A stretch of DNA of 64,000 nucleotides from Solirubrobacterales bacterium (GCA_035260485.1 DATFVC010000055.1:56041-120040), one strand, 5' to 3'; positions 25,174-35,611 are shown, numbered from the stretch's first letter. Numbers and translations are program-made. The notes: generated by a model not told the origin, from the letters alone.

Positions 25174-26322
25174 TCAGCCCGTGCAGGGACCCGTGTCCAC
25201 CGAGGCGGCGTTTGCGCGCAAAGCTTCTTGAACCACGTCATTTGGGACCGCGAAGCCTCCTGGCGGGCCGGAGGTGGTGGCGGCGAAGATGGTGGCCAGC
25301 ACTCGGCCGCGCGAATCGACAAGCGGGCCGCCGGAGTTGCCGCTACGGACGCTGCCGCGGAGGAAGGAGATCGATCTGCGGATTGGCCCGTTGCCGTAGG
25401 AGTCCTCGCTGGTCACGGTGCTGGTGTCGCCGAGGCGGGCGGCGGAGACTGCGTATGGGCCGTTCTCGGGATAGCCGAGGATTGCGCCGGGGGTCCCGCG
25501 CTGCGGGTCGGGGGCGATCTTCAGCGCTGGGATCGGAGCGTCGATCCGCAGCAGCGCAAGGTCGTTGGCGGGGTCGTAGCGAACTGGGGTGGCATCGAGC
25601 GAGGCGCCGTCGACCGTGGTCACGGTGGTGTCGTCCTCGCCGGCGAGGACGTGGGCGTTGGTCACCACCAGGCCTGGTGCGGCGACCCAGCCGGAACCCT
25701 CGACGCCGAGTCCGCAGGCGGTGCCGAGCACACGCACGACTGAGCGGCTCACCCGGCGCACGTCCGGATCGGAGGCGATCGCCGGGTCCGGCGGCGCCAC
25801 CGGCGTGGTCGGGCCGGCGATCGAGGGAGCGGGGTCAACGCGGTTCAGCGCGTTCAGGACCGGGCCCGATGGGGGCAGCAGGTCGTTCAGCCTGCGCAGG
25901 ATCAGCGAGCGCTGCACGTCTCCCCGCAGCTGGGCGGTGTTCGGGGCGTGCAGCGCCACCGCGCCAAAGACCCAGATCAGTCCCAGGGCCACCGCGGCGA
26001 TCAGCGCCGCGCCACCGGTGCCGTCGGCGAGGCGCAGGACATGGCCGCGGACCAGGCGCTCGCGCAGCTCGAGCGCGAGGCTCTCCACCGTCACTGCGAC
26101 GAGGGCGCCCGCGAGCAACGCCCCCAGCGCCGCGAACAGCGGCGCGTAGGGGGAGCTGGGGCCTTCGCTCAGCAGCAGTGGTCCAGCCCGGCTTCCGGCT
26201 ACCGCCCCGGCGACGAACCCGAGCAGGGTGAGCACGCCGACGATCAGACCCTGCCGATAGCCCCACATGGCGAAGGCGATGGTGAAGGCGACGATCGCCC
26301 AGTCGAGAATGGTCACCGGCAA
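25174..26322 (-). CDS. MarP-family serine protease (CvpA membrane domain plus trypsin-like domain)
   Basis: The N-terminal CvpA-like domain has 4 TM helices. The catalytic residues sit in TNAHVLAG, DLALLRI and GNSGGPLV. Confidence 0.8.
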   Translation of the reverse strand: MPVTILDWAIVAFTIAFAMWGYRQGLIVGVLTLLGFVAGAVAGSRAGPLLLSEGPSSPYAPLFAALGALLAGALVAVTVESLALELRERLVRGHVLRLADGTGGAALIAAVALGLIWVFGAVALHAPNTAQLRGDVQRSLILRRLNDLLPPSGPVLNALNRVDPAPSIAGPTTPVAPPDPAIASDPDVRRVSRSVVRVLGTACGLGVEGSGWVAAPGLVVTNAHVLAGEDDTTVTTVDGASLDATPVRYDPANDLALLRIDAPIPALKIAPDPQRGTPGAILGYPENGPYAVSAARLGDTSTVTSEDSYGNGPIRRSISFLRGSVRSGNSGGPLVDSRGRVLATIFAATTSGPPGGFAVPNDVVQEALRANAASVDTGPCTG

Positions 26323-26392
26323 ATAGAAGCAGGCCGGGGCCGCGCGGCTGAACGGCCGGGCCCGTCACTTACGTTCAGTAAGCTGAATCGAC

Positions 26393-26800
26393 GTGGAGGC
26401 CATAACTGCGCAAGAGCAGCCCGTCGGCGTCTGCCCGCACTTTCACGCCGCGATCGAGCTGATCGGCAAACGGTGGACCGGTGCGATCGTCTGCGCCCTG
26501 ACCGAGGGGCCGCTGCGCTTCGGCGAGCTGGCCAAGGCGGTGCCAGGCCTGTCCGATCGCCTGCTCTCGCAGCGCCTGCGCGAGCTCGAGCAGGAGGGTC
26601 TGGTCGAGCGCGAGGTCGAGCCAGGCTCGCCGGTCCACGTCACCTATTCGCTGACCAAGGCAGGGGTGGAGCTGGGCCCGGCAATCGCTGAGCTCAAGGC
26701 CTGGGCTCGCCGCTGGCGCGCCGAGGAGGCGCCCGGCCGGCGCATATCTGCGTCCTCGGACGCTCGCGTGCAGAGCACGCGACGCTCCCTGAGTCCTTGA
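26393..26800 (+). CDS. HxlR-family transcriptional regulator
   Basis: CPHFHAAIELIGKRWTGAIVCAL...FGELAKAVPGLSDRLLSQRLRELEQEGLV is the canonical HxlR wHTH. Confidence 0.85.
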   Translation: MEAITAQEQPVGVCPHFHAAIELIGKRWTGAIVCALTEGPLRFGELAKAVPGLSDRLLSQRLRELEQEGLVEREVEPGSPVHVTYSLTKAGVELGPAIAELKAWARRWRAEEAPGRRISASSDARVQSTRRSLSP

Positions 26801-26857
26801 TCTGCTTGACCCAGGGCGCCTCCTCGGCCCGTCTGGAATTTGGATTAGCCTCAACGC

Positions 26858-28147
26858 ATGGGATTACCCGGACCGTTCCCGGTTGGGCGTTACGCGCGAA
26901 AGCTCCGAGAGGAGATGCGCCGCCGCGCGCGTGTATCGCTGTTCGGCGAGGTCACCAGTCTCAGTCGCAGTAAAGCCCAGGCCTATTTCGAGTTGCGTGA
27001 CGCTGAGGGCGCGGTTCCATGCGCGATCTGGCTGAACGATCTCGAGAAACTCGAACTCCCCGAGCAGGGCCTTCGGGACGGCGCTGAAGTCGTTATCGGA
27101 GGCGGTCCGGACTACTACCCCGGCAATGGACAGGCATCGCCCAGCTTCTTTTTTCGCGCCACCCATATCCGCCTCGCCGGCGAAGGCGACCTGCTCGCCC
27201 GGCTCGAGGCGCTGCGCGAGCAGCTCCGCGCCGAGGGGCTTTTCGAGCTGCAGAAGCAGCTGGCCCGGCCGCGGCTGCCGAAGGCGATCGGCGTGGTGAC
27301 GGCGGAGAGTGGGGCGGCCCGCCGCGACCTGCTTGCCGGGCTGCGGCGGCGGGGTTGGGCGGGGACGGTGATTTGGGCCTTCGCGCCGGTTCAGGATCGC
27401 CGCGCCGCGCCGGCGATCGCCGGCGCGATCCAGGAATTGGCGGCGACGCCCGCGGTCGAAGCGATCGTCGTCGCCCGCGGCGGCGGCAGCCTCGCCGACC
27501 TCTGGGCATTCTGCGACGAGACCCTCTGCCGCACCGTGGCAATGTTGCGAGTGCCGGTGATCAGCGCGGTTGGCCACGAGCGCGACTCGACCCTGATCGA
27601 CGACGTCGCCGCCGTCGCCTGCTCGACCCCGACCCACGCCGCCGAGGCCGTAGTGCCGCTCGACTGCCACGCTGCGCGCAGTGCTCTAACTCGCAGCGCT
27701 GCCTCCCTGCGGCGAGCAGGGGAGGGGACGGTGGGGAGCCGCAGCCGGCACCTGGTGGCGCTGGCCCGCGGTCCCGCCCGGGCGTTGCGCCGGGAGCGGA
27801 TCGCGCTCAACCAGAAGACCCGGGAGATCCGCGCCTCCTCCGAACGCGGTCTGGCCGAGCGCCGCGCATTTCAGCGCCGCCTCGCTGCCGTCGTTCTCTC
27901 TCGCGCCGCCCGGCGGGCCGCTGGGGCGGAAGCGAACAACCGGCGCGAGGCGCTGCGGCGGGCGGAGGTGGCTTTCCGTGCCCACGAACCCGAGCACACC
28001 CTGGAGCGCGGCTATGCGCTCGCCGAGGACGTCGCCGGCGAGCCGGTGACCAGCGCCGCTGCTGCGATCGCCGCCGGGCGCGTAAGACTGCGCTTCGCCG
28101 ACGGCGGCGTCGGCGCGGAGATCGACCGAGATGGGAGCGAGGGATGA
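26858..28147 (+). CDS. xseA: Exodeoxyribonuclease VII large subunit
   Basis: It has an OB-fold N-terminus (VSLFGEVTSLSRS..AYFELRD), a catalytic core (IGVVTAESGAA..D, RGGGS..DLW.F) and a coiled-coil tail. Confidence 0.9.
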   Translation: MGLPGPFPVGRYARKLREEMRRRARVSLFGEVTSLSRSKAQAYFELRDAEGAVPCAIWLNDLEKLELPEQGLRDGAEVVIGGGPDYYPGNGQASPSFFFRATHIRLAGEGDLLARLEALREQLRAEGLFELQKQLARPRLPKAIGVVTAESGAARRDLLAGLRRRGWAGTVIWAFAPVQDRRAAPAIAGAIQELAATPAVEAIVVARGGGSLADLWAFCDETLCRTVAMLRVPVISAVGHERDSTLIDDVAAVACSTPTHAAEAVVPLDCHAARSALTRSAASLRRAGEGTVGSRSRHLVALARGPARALRRERIALNQKTREIRASSERGLAERRAFQRRLAAVVLSRAARRAAGAEANNRREALRRAEVAFRAHEPEHTLERGYALAEDVAGEPVTSAAAAIAAGRVRLRFADGGVGAEIDRDGSEG

Positions 28148-28374
28148 GCGAGCAGCCGGAGTCCTATGAGGCCGCGGTCGAGCGGCTGGAGCAGATCATC
28201 GATCGGCTCGACTCCGGCCAGGCCGGCCTGCGCGAAACGCTCGAGCTCTGCCGCGAGGGCCGCGAGCTCGTCACCTACTGTGTCACCGAGCTCGATGCGG
28301 TCGGTGAGGGTCTCAAGGAGCTGCAGCTAGACGAGCTGGCGGCGAAGCTGGAGACGACACCAACCGAGAGCTAG
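28144..28374 (+). CDS. xseB: Exodeoxyribonuclease VII small subunit
   Basis: The ATG at 28144 overlaps the xseA stop (ATGA). YEAAVERLEQIIDRLDSG...LEL..EG is typical XseB. Confidence 0.85.
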   Translation: MSEQPESYEAAVERLEQIIDRLDSGQAGLRETLELCREGRELVTYCVTELDAVGEGLKELQLDELAAKLETTPTES

Positions 28375-28410
28375 CGAAAGGAGCAACGCTACGCGCCGCC
28401 AGCGGAGTAG

Positions 28411-31400
28411 TCAGCCCTCAGACACCGGGCCTGAGCAGAGCCGGCCCAACGCCGGGCATCCCCGGCATAGCTCCCAGCTCCGCCGCTCGACCGGCGCCAC
28501 CGGGAACTCGCCGGCGCCAATTCGTGCGATCGCCTCGGCCAGCGCGTTGCGGCCGCGCTCCATCGCATCGAGGCCGAGCAGCTCGACGACCGGCTCTTCG
28601 GGGCGCTCGAGGAAGAGGTAGGCGACCTCGACCTCGGCCGCGCCGCGTGCCTCGGCGACCGCCAGGGCATAGATCGACCGCTGCGTTCTGTACGTGGCGG
28701 CACGTTCGGCCGGGGTCGTGTCGCCCAGGCGATCGGTCTTGTAGTCGACGACCAGGGGGGGCGCCCCGTCCCGCTCGACCAGCAGGTCGATCGAGCCGCG
28801 CAGCGTCACGCCGGAGACCCCGAGCAGCAATGGCACCTCGGCGCGGGGGATGGCGCCCGCGGCCAGGACCCGCTCGCGCAGCAGGCTGGAGCCGAGCCAG
28901 GCGCGAACGGGCGCCAGCAGCTCCTCCTCGACTCCACTTTCGGGGTCCAGCCCGGCGGCGAGGGCGTGGTTGTGGATCAGGTCGATGGGAGGCTCGCGCC
29001 ACTCGTTGGCGGCGCTCCACTCCAGCATCGAATGGACGGCGGCGCCCCGAGCTGCCGCGTCGTCTCGGGAGCCAGCCGTACCCTCGGCGACTTCGGCGTC
29101 TGCGTTCGCTTCTTGTTGCGCTATGGGCAACAAGAAGCGAACGGGCGTGCCGAGGTCGAGGACGCGCTCCATGTAGAAGCGGTAGGCGCATTCCTCGTAG
29201 GCGGCGATCGCGGTATAGGAGAGGGGGCGGTTCGGCACAGCCGGTGGTTGGCGCTCCAGCAGCGGCGCTCGGCCCTCGCCCAGCGCCGCTTCTGCCTTGG
29301 CCTCGCTCCGCATCGCGGTGAGCCCGGCCGCGCGCTCGGGCGAGGGCAGGTTGACGCGCACCTCGATCCGCGAAGGCTCGAAGTTGGCGTCGAGTCCCTT
29401 GCGCGGCTGCGGGGCGGGGATCGCGATCGCCGAATCGCGCTCGCGCTCGACCTCGAAGCCGTCGAGGATCCGCTCGATCACCGGCGTTCCGGGCTGCGTG
29501 CCCCGTCCCGGCTGCGGCATGGCCACACCGCTGAGGATCAGCCGTTCGCGCGCCCGCGTCGCGGCGACATGGAAGAGGCGCAGCTCCTCCGCCGCCTCGT
29601 GCTGCTGGGTCTCAGCGCAGAGCTGCTCGTGCGAGTAGAGGTTGATCGAGGCGGCGCCGAGGCGACGCAGCTGCAGCCCGACCCGCGGCTGCTCGCTCTC
29701 GCGGCCGAGCGTCAGCGGTGGCAGGCGCGAGCCGGCCAGCAGCCGCCGTGAGAGGGTGGGCACCGTGACAACGCCGAACTCGAGTCCCTTGGCGCTGTGG
29801 ACGGTCATGATCCGCACCCCGTCGTGTCCCTCGATCGCGCTCGCCGCCTCCGCCTCGGCGTCTGCTTCGGCCCGCGAGGCGAGGAAGTCGAGCAGGCCGC
29901 GCAGATCTCGTCCCTCGCGAGCCTCGAACTCGCCGGCAAGCCGCATCAGCTTGCGAACGTTGGCGAATCGGGACTCGCCCGAAGGGCGCATCAGGACCGC
30001 CAGGTCATAGCCGGTCTCGGCGATCGCGGCGTCGATCAGCCCAGCCAGCGAGAGGCGCCCGGCGCGTGCCCGAAGGCCATCGATCGTCCGTGCGAAGTCG
30101 CGCAGCAGCGCCAGCTCCGGCTCCGGGATCGCCTCCAGGCGCTCGGGGCCGTCCAACTCCGCGTCGTCCAGCCCCGCGGCCTGCTCCACCGCAGGCCAGA
30201 CATGCCGCCTGCGGCCGGCGGCGGCGCGCAGCAGCCAGAGCGTGTCGGGCGCGACGCCGCAGGCGGGAGAGGCGAGCGCGCCGAGCAGGGCCAGGTCGTC
30301 GAGCGGGTTGGCGAGCGTCGCCAGCAGCGCCCAGACGTCGGCGACCTGCTGCTGCGACCAGTAACCGCGCCCGCCAATCGTGTAGGGGCGTAGGCCGGCG
30401 CGTTCCAGCGAGTCCTCGTAGGCGTCGAGGTGGGTGAAAGCGCGCAGCAGCACGACCATCTCGCCGCGCTCGACGCCGCTCTCGACCAGCTCGCGCAGTC
30501 GCTCGGCGACGAAGCGCGCCTCAGCCAGGTGGCTCGGCGGCGTGTCGGCATCGGTCGCCGGCGCCAGGTCGATCCCCTCGGCGTCCCAGCCGTCGCGGGC
30601 GGTGAGCAGCAGCTCGACCGCCGGGCCCTCGCCAGGCGGCTCCGGCAGCTCTGGCAGGGCCCCGACCCGCAGCGGATGGAAGGTGTCGGCGAGCAGCTTC
30701 TCGCCGATCGCGTTGACGGCGCCGATCACCTCCGGGCGGGAGCGGAAGTTGCCGCTCAGGTCCATCGCCACCGCGTCGGCGCTCTCTTCGACCGCGCGTC
30801 GCTGCTCGCGGAAGACATCGAGGTCGGCGTGGCGGAAGCCGTAGATCGACTGCAGCTCATCGCCGACGACCATCAGCTCGGTCCGCGGCCCGCGCAGCGC
30901 CTCGATCAGCCGCAGCTGCAGCCGGTTCGTGTCCTGGAACTCGTCGACCAGCAGGTGGCTGAACCGGGCCCGATAGGCGTTGCCGATCTCCTCCCGTTCG
31001 AGCAGGCGGACGGCGCGCAGCTGCAGGTCCTCGAAGTCGAGCCCTTCGCGTCGCTCCTTGATCGCCTCGAAGCGCTGCGAGAAGAGACCGAGCAGCTCGG
31101 CGATGTTGCGGTAGGCGTCGCCTCCCTCACCCGCCTCGGCCGCGCTGGTCACCGCCGCGTCGATCGCCTCCCGGTAGGCGGTCATCGATTTCGCTTTGCT
31201 GTTGGTCCTCAGCGAGGCCAGCTCGTCGAGGCTCGGGAGGTCGTCGGCGCCGAGCACGACCAGCGCCTGCTCGATCAGCTCCCAGTTCGAATTGGTCGGC
31301 TTCAGCTCCTCGAGTGTTGCCACAGCCACCTCTACGGCACGGCGGACGGCGGCCTCCAGGTCCGGGGGTGGGGGCTCGGGCAGGCCCGGCATGGAGATCC

Positions 31401-31935
31401 CCCGGCTGCGAAGCTCGCCGTGGACGCCACTGACGATCGCCCGCAGGCCGCCGATCTCGAACGCGGCCACGGTTCGCTCGCGCACCTCATCGCCGCCGGC
31501 GAGGAACTCCGCCAGGGCGTCGTCGAATGCCTCGCCCGCTATCCGCTCGGTCTCCGGCCCGTCGAGGACGCGGAAGTGGGGGTCGATCCCGGCCGCAACT
31601 GGGTGGCCGGCGAGGAGCCGGTTGCAGAAGCCGTGGATCGTCGTCACCCAGGCGCCGCCGATCGTCGCCAGCAGCGCGCGCGCGCGCTGCGAACCCTCCG
31701 CGGCCCGCAGCTCGAGCGCCGCGCGGATGCGCTGGCGCAGCTCGGTCGCCGCCTTGTCGGTGAAGGTGAAGGCGAGCACCGCCTCGGGAGAGACCTCCAG
31801 ATCGCAGACGAGGCGGCAATAGCGGTCCACCATGACGCCCGTCTTGCCGGCGCCGGCGCCGGCCTCGACCAGCACGTCGTGGCCATCGGCCTCGATTGCC
31901 AACGATTGTTCGGGGGTCGGCGTGCGGTGGGTCAC
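28411..31935 (-). CDS. UvrD/PcrA-type helicase fused to PD-(D/E)xK nuclease (AddA/AdnB-like subunit)
   Basis: The GTG at 31935 overlaps the upstream stop (GTGA). The Walker A motif is AGAGAGKTG. It has DEFQDTN and helicase motifs, and a C-terminal nuclease segment GSIDLLV...VVDYKTD. There are four Cys: EECAYRF, plus CRGCPALGRLC. Confidence 0.85.
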   Translation of the reverse strand: MTHRTPTPEQSLAIEADGHDVLVEAGAGAGKTGVMVDRYCRLVCDLEVSPEAVLAFTFTDKAATELRQRIRAALELRAAEGSQRARALLATIGGAWVTTIHGFCNRLLAGHPVAAGIDPHFRVLDGPETERIAGEAFDDALAEFLAGGDEVRERTVAAFEIGGLRAIVSGVHGELRSRGISMPGLPEPPPPDLEAAVRRAVEVAVATLEELKPTNSNWELIEQALVVLGADDLPSLDELASLRTNSKAKSMTAYREAIDAAVTSAAEAGEGGDAYRNIAELLGLFSQRFEAIKERREGLDFEDLQLRAVRLLEREEIGNAYRARFSHLLVDEFQDTNRLQLRLIEALRGPRTELMVVGDELQSIYGFRHADLDVFREQRRAVEESADAVAMDLSGNFRSRPEVIGAVNAIGEKLLADTFHPLRVGALPELPEPPGEGPAVELLLTARDGWDAEGIDLAPATDADTPPSHLAEARFVAERLRELVESGVERGEMVVLLRAFTHLDAYEDSLERAGLRPYTIGGRGYWSQQQVADVWALLATLANPLDDLALLGALASPACGVAPDTLWLLRAAAGRRRHVWPAVEQAAGLDDAELDGPERLEAIPEPELALLRDFARTIDGLRARAGRLSLAGLIDAAIAETGYDLAVLMRPSGESRFANVRKLMRLAGEFEAREGRDLRGLLDFLASRAEADAEAEAASAIEGHDGVRIMTVHSAKGLEFGVVTVPTLSRRLLAGSRLPPLTLGRESEQPRVGLQLRRLGAASINLYSHEQLCAETQQHEAAEELRLFHVAATRARERLILSGVAMPQPGRGTQPGTPVIERILDGFEVERERDSAIAIPAPQPRKGLDANFEPSRIEVRVNLPSPERAAGLTAMRSEAKAEAALGEGRAPLLERQPPAVPNRPLSYTAIAAYEECAYRFYMERVLDLGTPVRFLLPIAQQEANADAEVAEGTAGSRDDAAARGAAVHSMLEWSAANEWREPPIDLIHNHALAAGLDPESGVEEELLAPVRAWLGSSLLRERVLAAGAIPRAEVPLLLGVSGVTLRGSIDLLVERDGAPPLVVDYKTDRLGDTTPAERAATYRTQRSIYALAVAEARGAAEVEVAYLFLERPEEPVVELLGLDAMERGRNALAEAIARIGAGEFPVAPVERRSWELCRGCPALGRLCSGPVSEG

Positions 31936-34900
31936 CTCTCCTCCCACTCGCCGTTCTCGGGCTCGACTGGAGCCCGGTCGCGGCGGCAGATCGGGGCGAA
32001 ATCGCAGAAGGCGGGGCAGACGTCGTGCCCACGCAAGCCGCGGCGCGGCCCGGGGTCGCGGCGGATGTCGCCGCGGCGCATGCGGGCGACAATCTCGCCA
32101 GCGCGCCGGCGAGCGTCGGCCAGCAGCTCCTCGAAGCCCTCGCGGTCGACCAGGTCCTTGTCGTAGAGGCCGTAGGAGGCGAGCTGCGCCGCGGCGTCCT
32201 CGCGGACCGCCCCGCGCGGGCGCCGGGCCGAGGTCCCGCGCAGCGGGTGGTAGAGCCCGCCGACCGCTTCCACATTCCAATGCTCTGCGACCGCGATCAG
32301 GTAGAGCTGAAGCTGGAGCTTTGCCTGCTCCTCGAACTTCTCGCGCGGCGTGACCGCACGAGAGAGCTTGTAGTCGAGGACGAGGGCGCGGCCGCTGGGG
32401 TCGCGGTCGACCCGGTCGATAGCTCCGTGCAGGCCCCAGCCGTCGATCTCGAGCGCCGGGCGCTCGGCCTCCTCGTCCTCGCCGAAGCGGCCCTCCAGCA
32501 GCCAGGGCTCGAAGCCGCCCGTCTCGCGTGCCGCCTCGTCGGCGAGGAAGCGCGCCAACAAGCCCTCGACCCGGCGCGCGATCGCTCGCTCGGCGGGGTG
32601 GACGCCCAGGCTGCGCTCGGCCGCGAGCTCCCCCACCAGCTGGCGGGCTCGCTCGATCCAGGCGCTGAGCGAGCTGGGGCGGGGGAGCGGATCGCCGCCC
32701 GGTCGCTCGCGATAGAGGCGATCGAGCACAGCGTGCATCAAGCCGCCCTGCACGAGGGGGTCGGGGGCGGGGTCGAGCGGCTGTGGGTCGAGCTCGTGCG
32801 AGACGAACCAGCGGTAGGAGCAGACGTCGAACCCCTCCAGGGTCGTGCCGCCGTAGGCGGGGACCGCGGCGAGGGCCTCGAGCACGGCCGGGTTGGAGAG
32901 CGGGCCAGGCGAGCGGCTGGCGGTCTCGGCCGTTCGCGCGATCGTCAGGCGCCGCGCGATCCGCTCGCCGACGTCGACTGCGACGCCGGCCCCCGCGAGC
33001 AGAGCCTCAACGTCGGCGCTTGGGCCGCGGGCCGCGATCGAGCGCGCCAGCTCGGCCTCAGACGGCGCCTCGCGAGGCGGGTGGACGACTTGGGCCAGGT
33101 CGCGGGCGACGGTCAGCTCTGCCTCGACTGCATCGTCCTCGCCGTCCTTCGGCGCCGGCTCGAGCAGTCGCCGGACGTCATCGAGGAAAGGCGAGCGCGG
33201 CTCGGCGACCCCGTTCTCGTCGCTGTCTCGGCAGGAGAGGAAAAGTCGTCGATTGGGCAGCGCCAGGCAGGCGTGGAAGAGATAGCGCTCCTCGGCATCG
33301 GGATCGCGGCGCGGCTCGAGGCCAAGCGCGAGTCGCTGCGATTCGGAGAGGAAAGGGTCCTCGCCGCGGTCGCGTCGCGGGAACTCGCCGTCCTGGAGCG
33401 AGGCGACGAATGCGAACTCGAAGCGTGATGCGCGCAGCCGGTAGGGGCTGGCGATTCGCACACGGCCCTCGATCGGGCCGCTCCAGGCGCGGAAGCGAAG
33501 CTCGCGCAGTATCGCTGCCAGATCCTCCGCTGGTGGCGCCAGCGAGGAGAGCTCGGCCAGATCGCCGAGCGTGGTGGAGATCGCGGCGGCGGCGCGCAGC
33601 TCCAGACCGTCGCCCCGCCCCGGCGCCGGTCCGTCTTCCCCGCTGCGCAGCGGTCGCGAGGCCATCGTCGCGGCAAGCCGGGCGACCGCGGCCGCCAGCT
33701 CGGTCGGCCCCTCGCTTGCCGCCCGCCTGAGCCGGTGGAGGTCGCCAGGCAGCCGCTCATGGCGCTCCTTCCACAGCTCCAGGGCGGCGGCCGCGCTCTG
33801 CAGTCGGCGGCGGCGAACGGCGCGCTCGAACCAGTCGACTTGGATCGGGCGCAGCCCGGACGGACCGCGCAGGAAGCGCAGCAGGTCGTTCGCGCGGCCG
33901 GCGCCGAACTCCGCCTCCAGCAGCGCGATCAGCGTCCCGCCCACCGCGGTGCCCGCGACCGGCACTTCGGCCTCCAGCGCCACGGCGATGCCGCAGGACT
34001 CGAGCACCGCGGCGAGCAGCGGCCCGCGCCGCGCCGGGTCGCGCACCGCGATCGCGATCGCAGCGGGGTCGGCGCCGTCGCCGATCAGCTTCGCCACCTC
34101 GGCCGCGATCGCCTCCGCCTCGCCCCGCTCGCCGGCGGAGCGCAGCAGCACCAGCGCCTCGTCGGCGCCGCGTCGCGCCGGCTCCGCACGTCCGAACTCG
34201 CGCTGGATGTGGACCAGCAGGGGGTCGATGCCGAATGGCTCGAGCTCCTCCGCGGGGCCGCTGAGGAGCTCGGTGTCCGTGGCGATCTTGCGCAGCCCCT
34301 CCAGCAGCGGGATCCGCGCGGCGAGCGCGGCGTCGCTCTCCTCAAAGGGAAGGGCAACGGTGACTTCGGTTGCCGCGCTCAGCGCCTCGAGCAGCCGGTG
34401 CTGGTTCGGGGTGAGGTCGCCTGGCTCATAGAGGAAGACCGGCCGCTCCCCCCAGGTCGCCGGCGCCGCCCGCAAGGACTCGATCGCGCCGAGGGCGACG
34501 CCGTGCACGTCGAGCAGGCCGAGTCGGTCCCGCGCCTCGGCGTAGGCGGCGAACAGCAAGGTCAGGTCGCCGAGGTAGGCCGAGGCCTCGAGCGTCTGCG
34601 CCCCGGACCCCAGGGACGCCGGCTCGAGGCCGGCGCTCTGCAGCTCGTCGAGCAGGCGCTCGAACGGGATCGCGAAACCAGGCCGCGCGGCGGAGCGCCG
34701 CAGTGGCCCCAGCTCGTCACGACGCGCGGCGATCCCGACTGAGATGGCAGCCAGCCGCTGTGCGGGCGTCAACTCGCCGGTGGACGGCATGCCGGCGCTC
34801 CTCGCCACCTCGCGGAAGAGCCCGTCGAAGGTCATCACCGAGCCGCCGAGGGCGGCGCCGGGCTCGCAGAGGATGCGCTCGAAGCGGAAGACGTCGTCCA

Positions 34901-35009
34901 GCGTCGGCAGGACCAGAATCGGATTGCGGTCGAGCGCCGCGCGGAAGCGGGCCTGTATCCGGTCGGCGCGGCCGGAGTTGGGGGGTCCGTGGATCAGTTT
35001 CAGCGGCAT
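31932..35009 (-). CDS. AddB/AdnA-like helicase-nuclease subunit (degenerate Walker A, PD-(D/E)xK nuclease with Cys cluster)
   Basis: The ATG at 35009 starts MPLKLIHGPPNSGRA. The C-terminal nuclease segment is GAIDRVD...VLDYK. There are four Cys: DVCSYRW, plus CPAFCDFAPIC. Confidence 0.8.
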   Translation of the reverse strand: MPLKLIHGPPNSGRADRIQARFRAALDRNPILVLPTLDDVFRFERILCEPGAALGGSVMTFDGLFREVARSAGMPSTGELTPAQRLAAISVGIAARRDELGPLRRSAARPGFAIPFERLLDELQSAGLEPASLGSGAQTLEASAYLGDLTLLFAAYAEARDRLGLLDVHGVALGAIESLRAAPATWGERPVFLYEPGDLTPNQHRLLEALSAATEVTVALPFEESDAALAARIPLLEGLRKIATDTELLSGPAEELEPFGIDPLLVHIQREFGRAEPARRGADEALVLLRSAGERGEAEAIAAEVAKLIGDGADPAAIAIAVRDPARRGPLLAAVLESCGIAVALEAEVPVAGTAVGGTLIALLEAEFGAGRANDLLRFLRGPSGLRPIQVDWFERAVRRRRLQSAAAALELWKERHERLPGDLHRLRRAASEGPTELAAAVARLAATMASRPLRSGEDGPAPGRGDGLELRAAAAISTTLGDLAELSSLAPPAEDLAAILRELRFRAWSGPIEGRVRIASPYRLRASRFEFAFVASLQDGEFPRRDRGEDPFLSESQRLALGLEPRRDPDAEERYLFHACLALPNRRLFLSCRDSDENGVAEPRSPFLDDVRRLLEPAPKDGEDDAVEAELTVARDLAQVVHPPREAPSEAELARSIAARGPSADVEALLAGAGVAVDVGERIARRLTIARTAETASRSPGPLSNPAVLEALAAVPAYGGTTLEGFDVCSYRWFVSHELDPQPLDPAPDPLVQGGLMHAVLDRLYRERPGGDPLPRPSSLSAWIERARQLVGELAAERSLGVHPAERAIARRVEGLLARFLADEAARETGGFEPWLLEGRFGEDEEAERPALEIDGWGLHGAIDRVDRDPSGRALVLDYKLSRAVTPREKFEEQAKLQLQLYLIAVAEHWNVEAVGGLYHPLRGTSARRPRGAVREDAAAQLASYGLYDKDLVDREGFEELLADARRRAGEIVARMRRGDIRRDPGPRRGLRGHDVCPAFCDFAPICRRDRAPVEPENGEWEER

Positions 35010-35143
35010 ATCGGCAAGCGCCCCAGCATAGGTCCGCCTCCGGCGTGCCCTGGGGCGCTGGCAAGCCGCTGCGGGAAGCCGCAAATGGCGCTGTTCCGTC
35101 TCCGCTTTGCCGTCTTCCGCCCTCTCTAGATTGGGATCGGTAA

Positions 35144-35599
35144 ATGGCCCTCTGCTTCGTAGACCCAGCCGACGCTATCCGCGCCATCTCCGACTCGATC
35201 GGCCGTGAGGCGCGCCGCCAGCTGCTCGGCGAGGCGGTCCGCTCCTGGGTCGACGAGATTCCCGACGACGAGCTCGAGGTCCACTACGCGAAAGCGCTCT
35301 CCGAGCTGGACGAGCACGACCTTTCGATGCTGGCCGCCTGGCACGGCTCGCTGGAGCTCGGCCAGCCGGTCCCCAACCGCGACTTCCTCATGGGCGCCTT
35401 TGGCTCGCTCGGCGAGAATCGCCGTGAGGCGCTGAAGCTGGCTGCCGGCTTCCGCGGTGAGGAGGCCGTCGACTCCGGCGTCACCGAAGACGATGCGCTC
35501 GAGCTCGTCCTCGGCCTGCTCTCCCCACCTCGCCTGATGGAGCTCGCCGCCGAGGCGGTCGACCTCTACGTCTGGGACCGGGCCGGCTCAGACAACTAG
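35144..35599 (+). CDS. Hypothetical acidic protein
   Basis: 151-aa ORF with protein-like composition and high GC3. I recognise no family. Confidence 0.45.
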   Translation: MALCFVDPADAIRAISDSIGREARRQLLGEAVRSWVDEIPDDELEVHYAKALSELDEHDLSMLAAWHGSLELGQPVPNRDFLMGAFGSLGENRREALKLAAGFRGEEAVDSGVTEDDALELVLGLLSPPRLMELAAEAVDLYVWDRAGSDN

Positions 35600-35611
35600 C
35601 GCTGGCTCGGG

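Noticed and set aside
24303-26231. Long Arg-rich ORFs (24303-25322 minus, 24960-26231 plus) spanning the PBP/MarP region.
   Set aside because: They are out of frame with the clearly motif-bearing PBP (STFK/SCN/KTGT) and MarP-like protease. The composition (RRRR runs) is non-protein-like.
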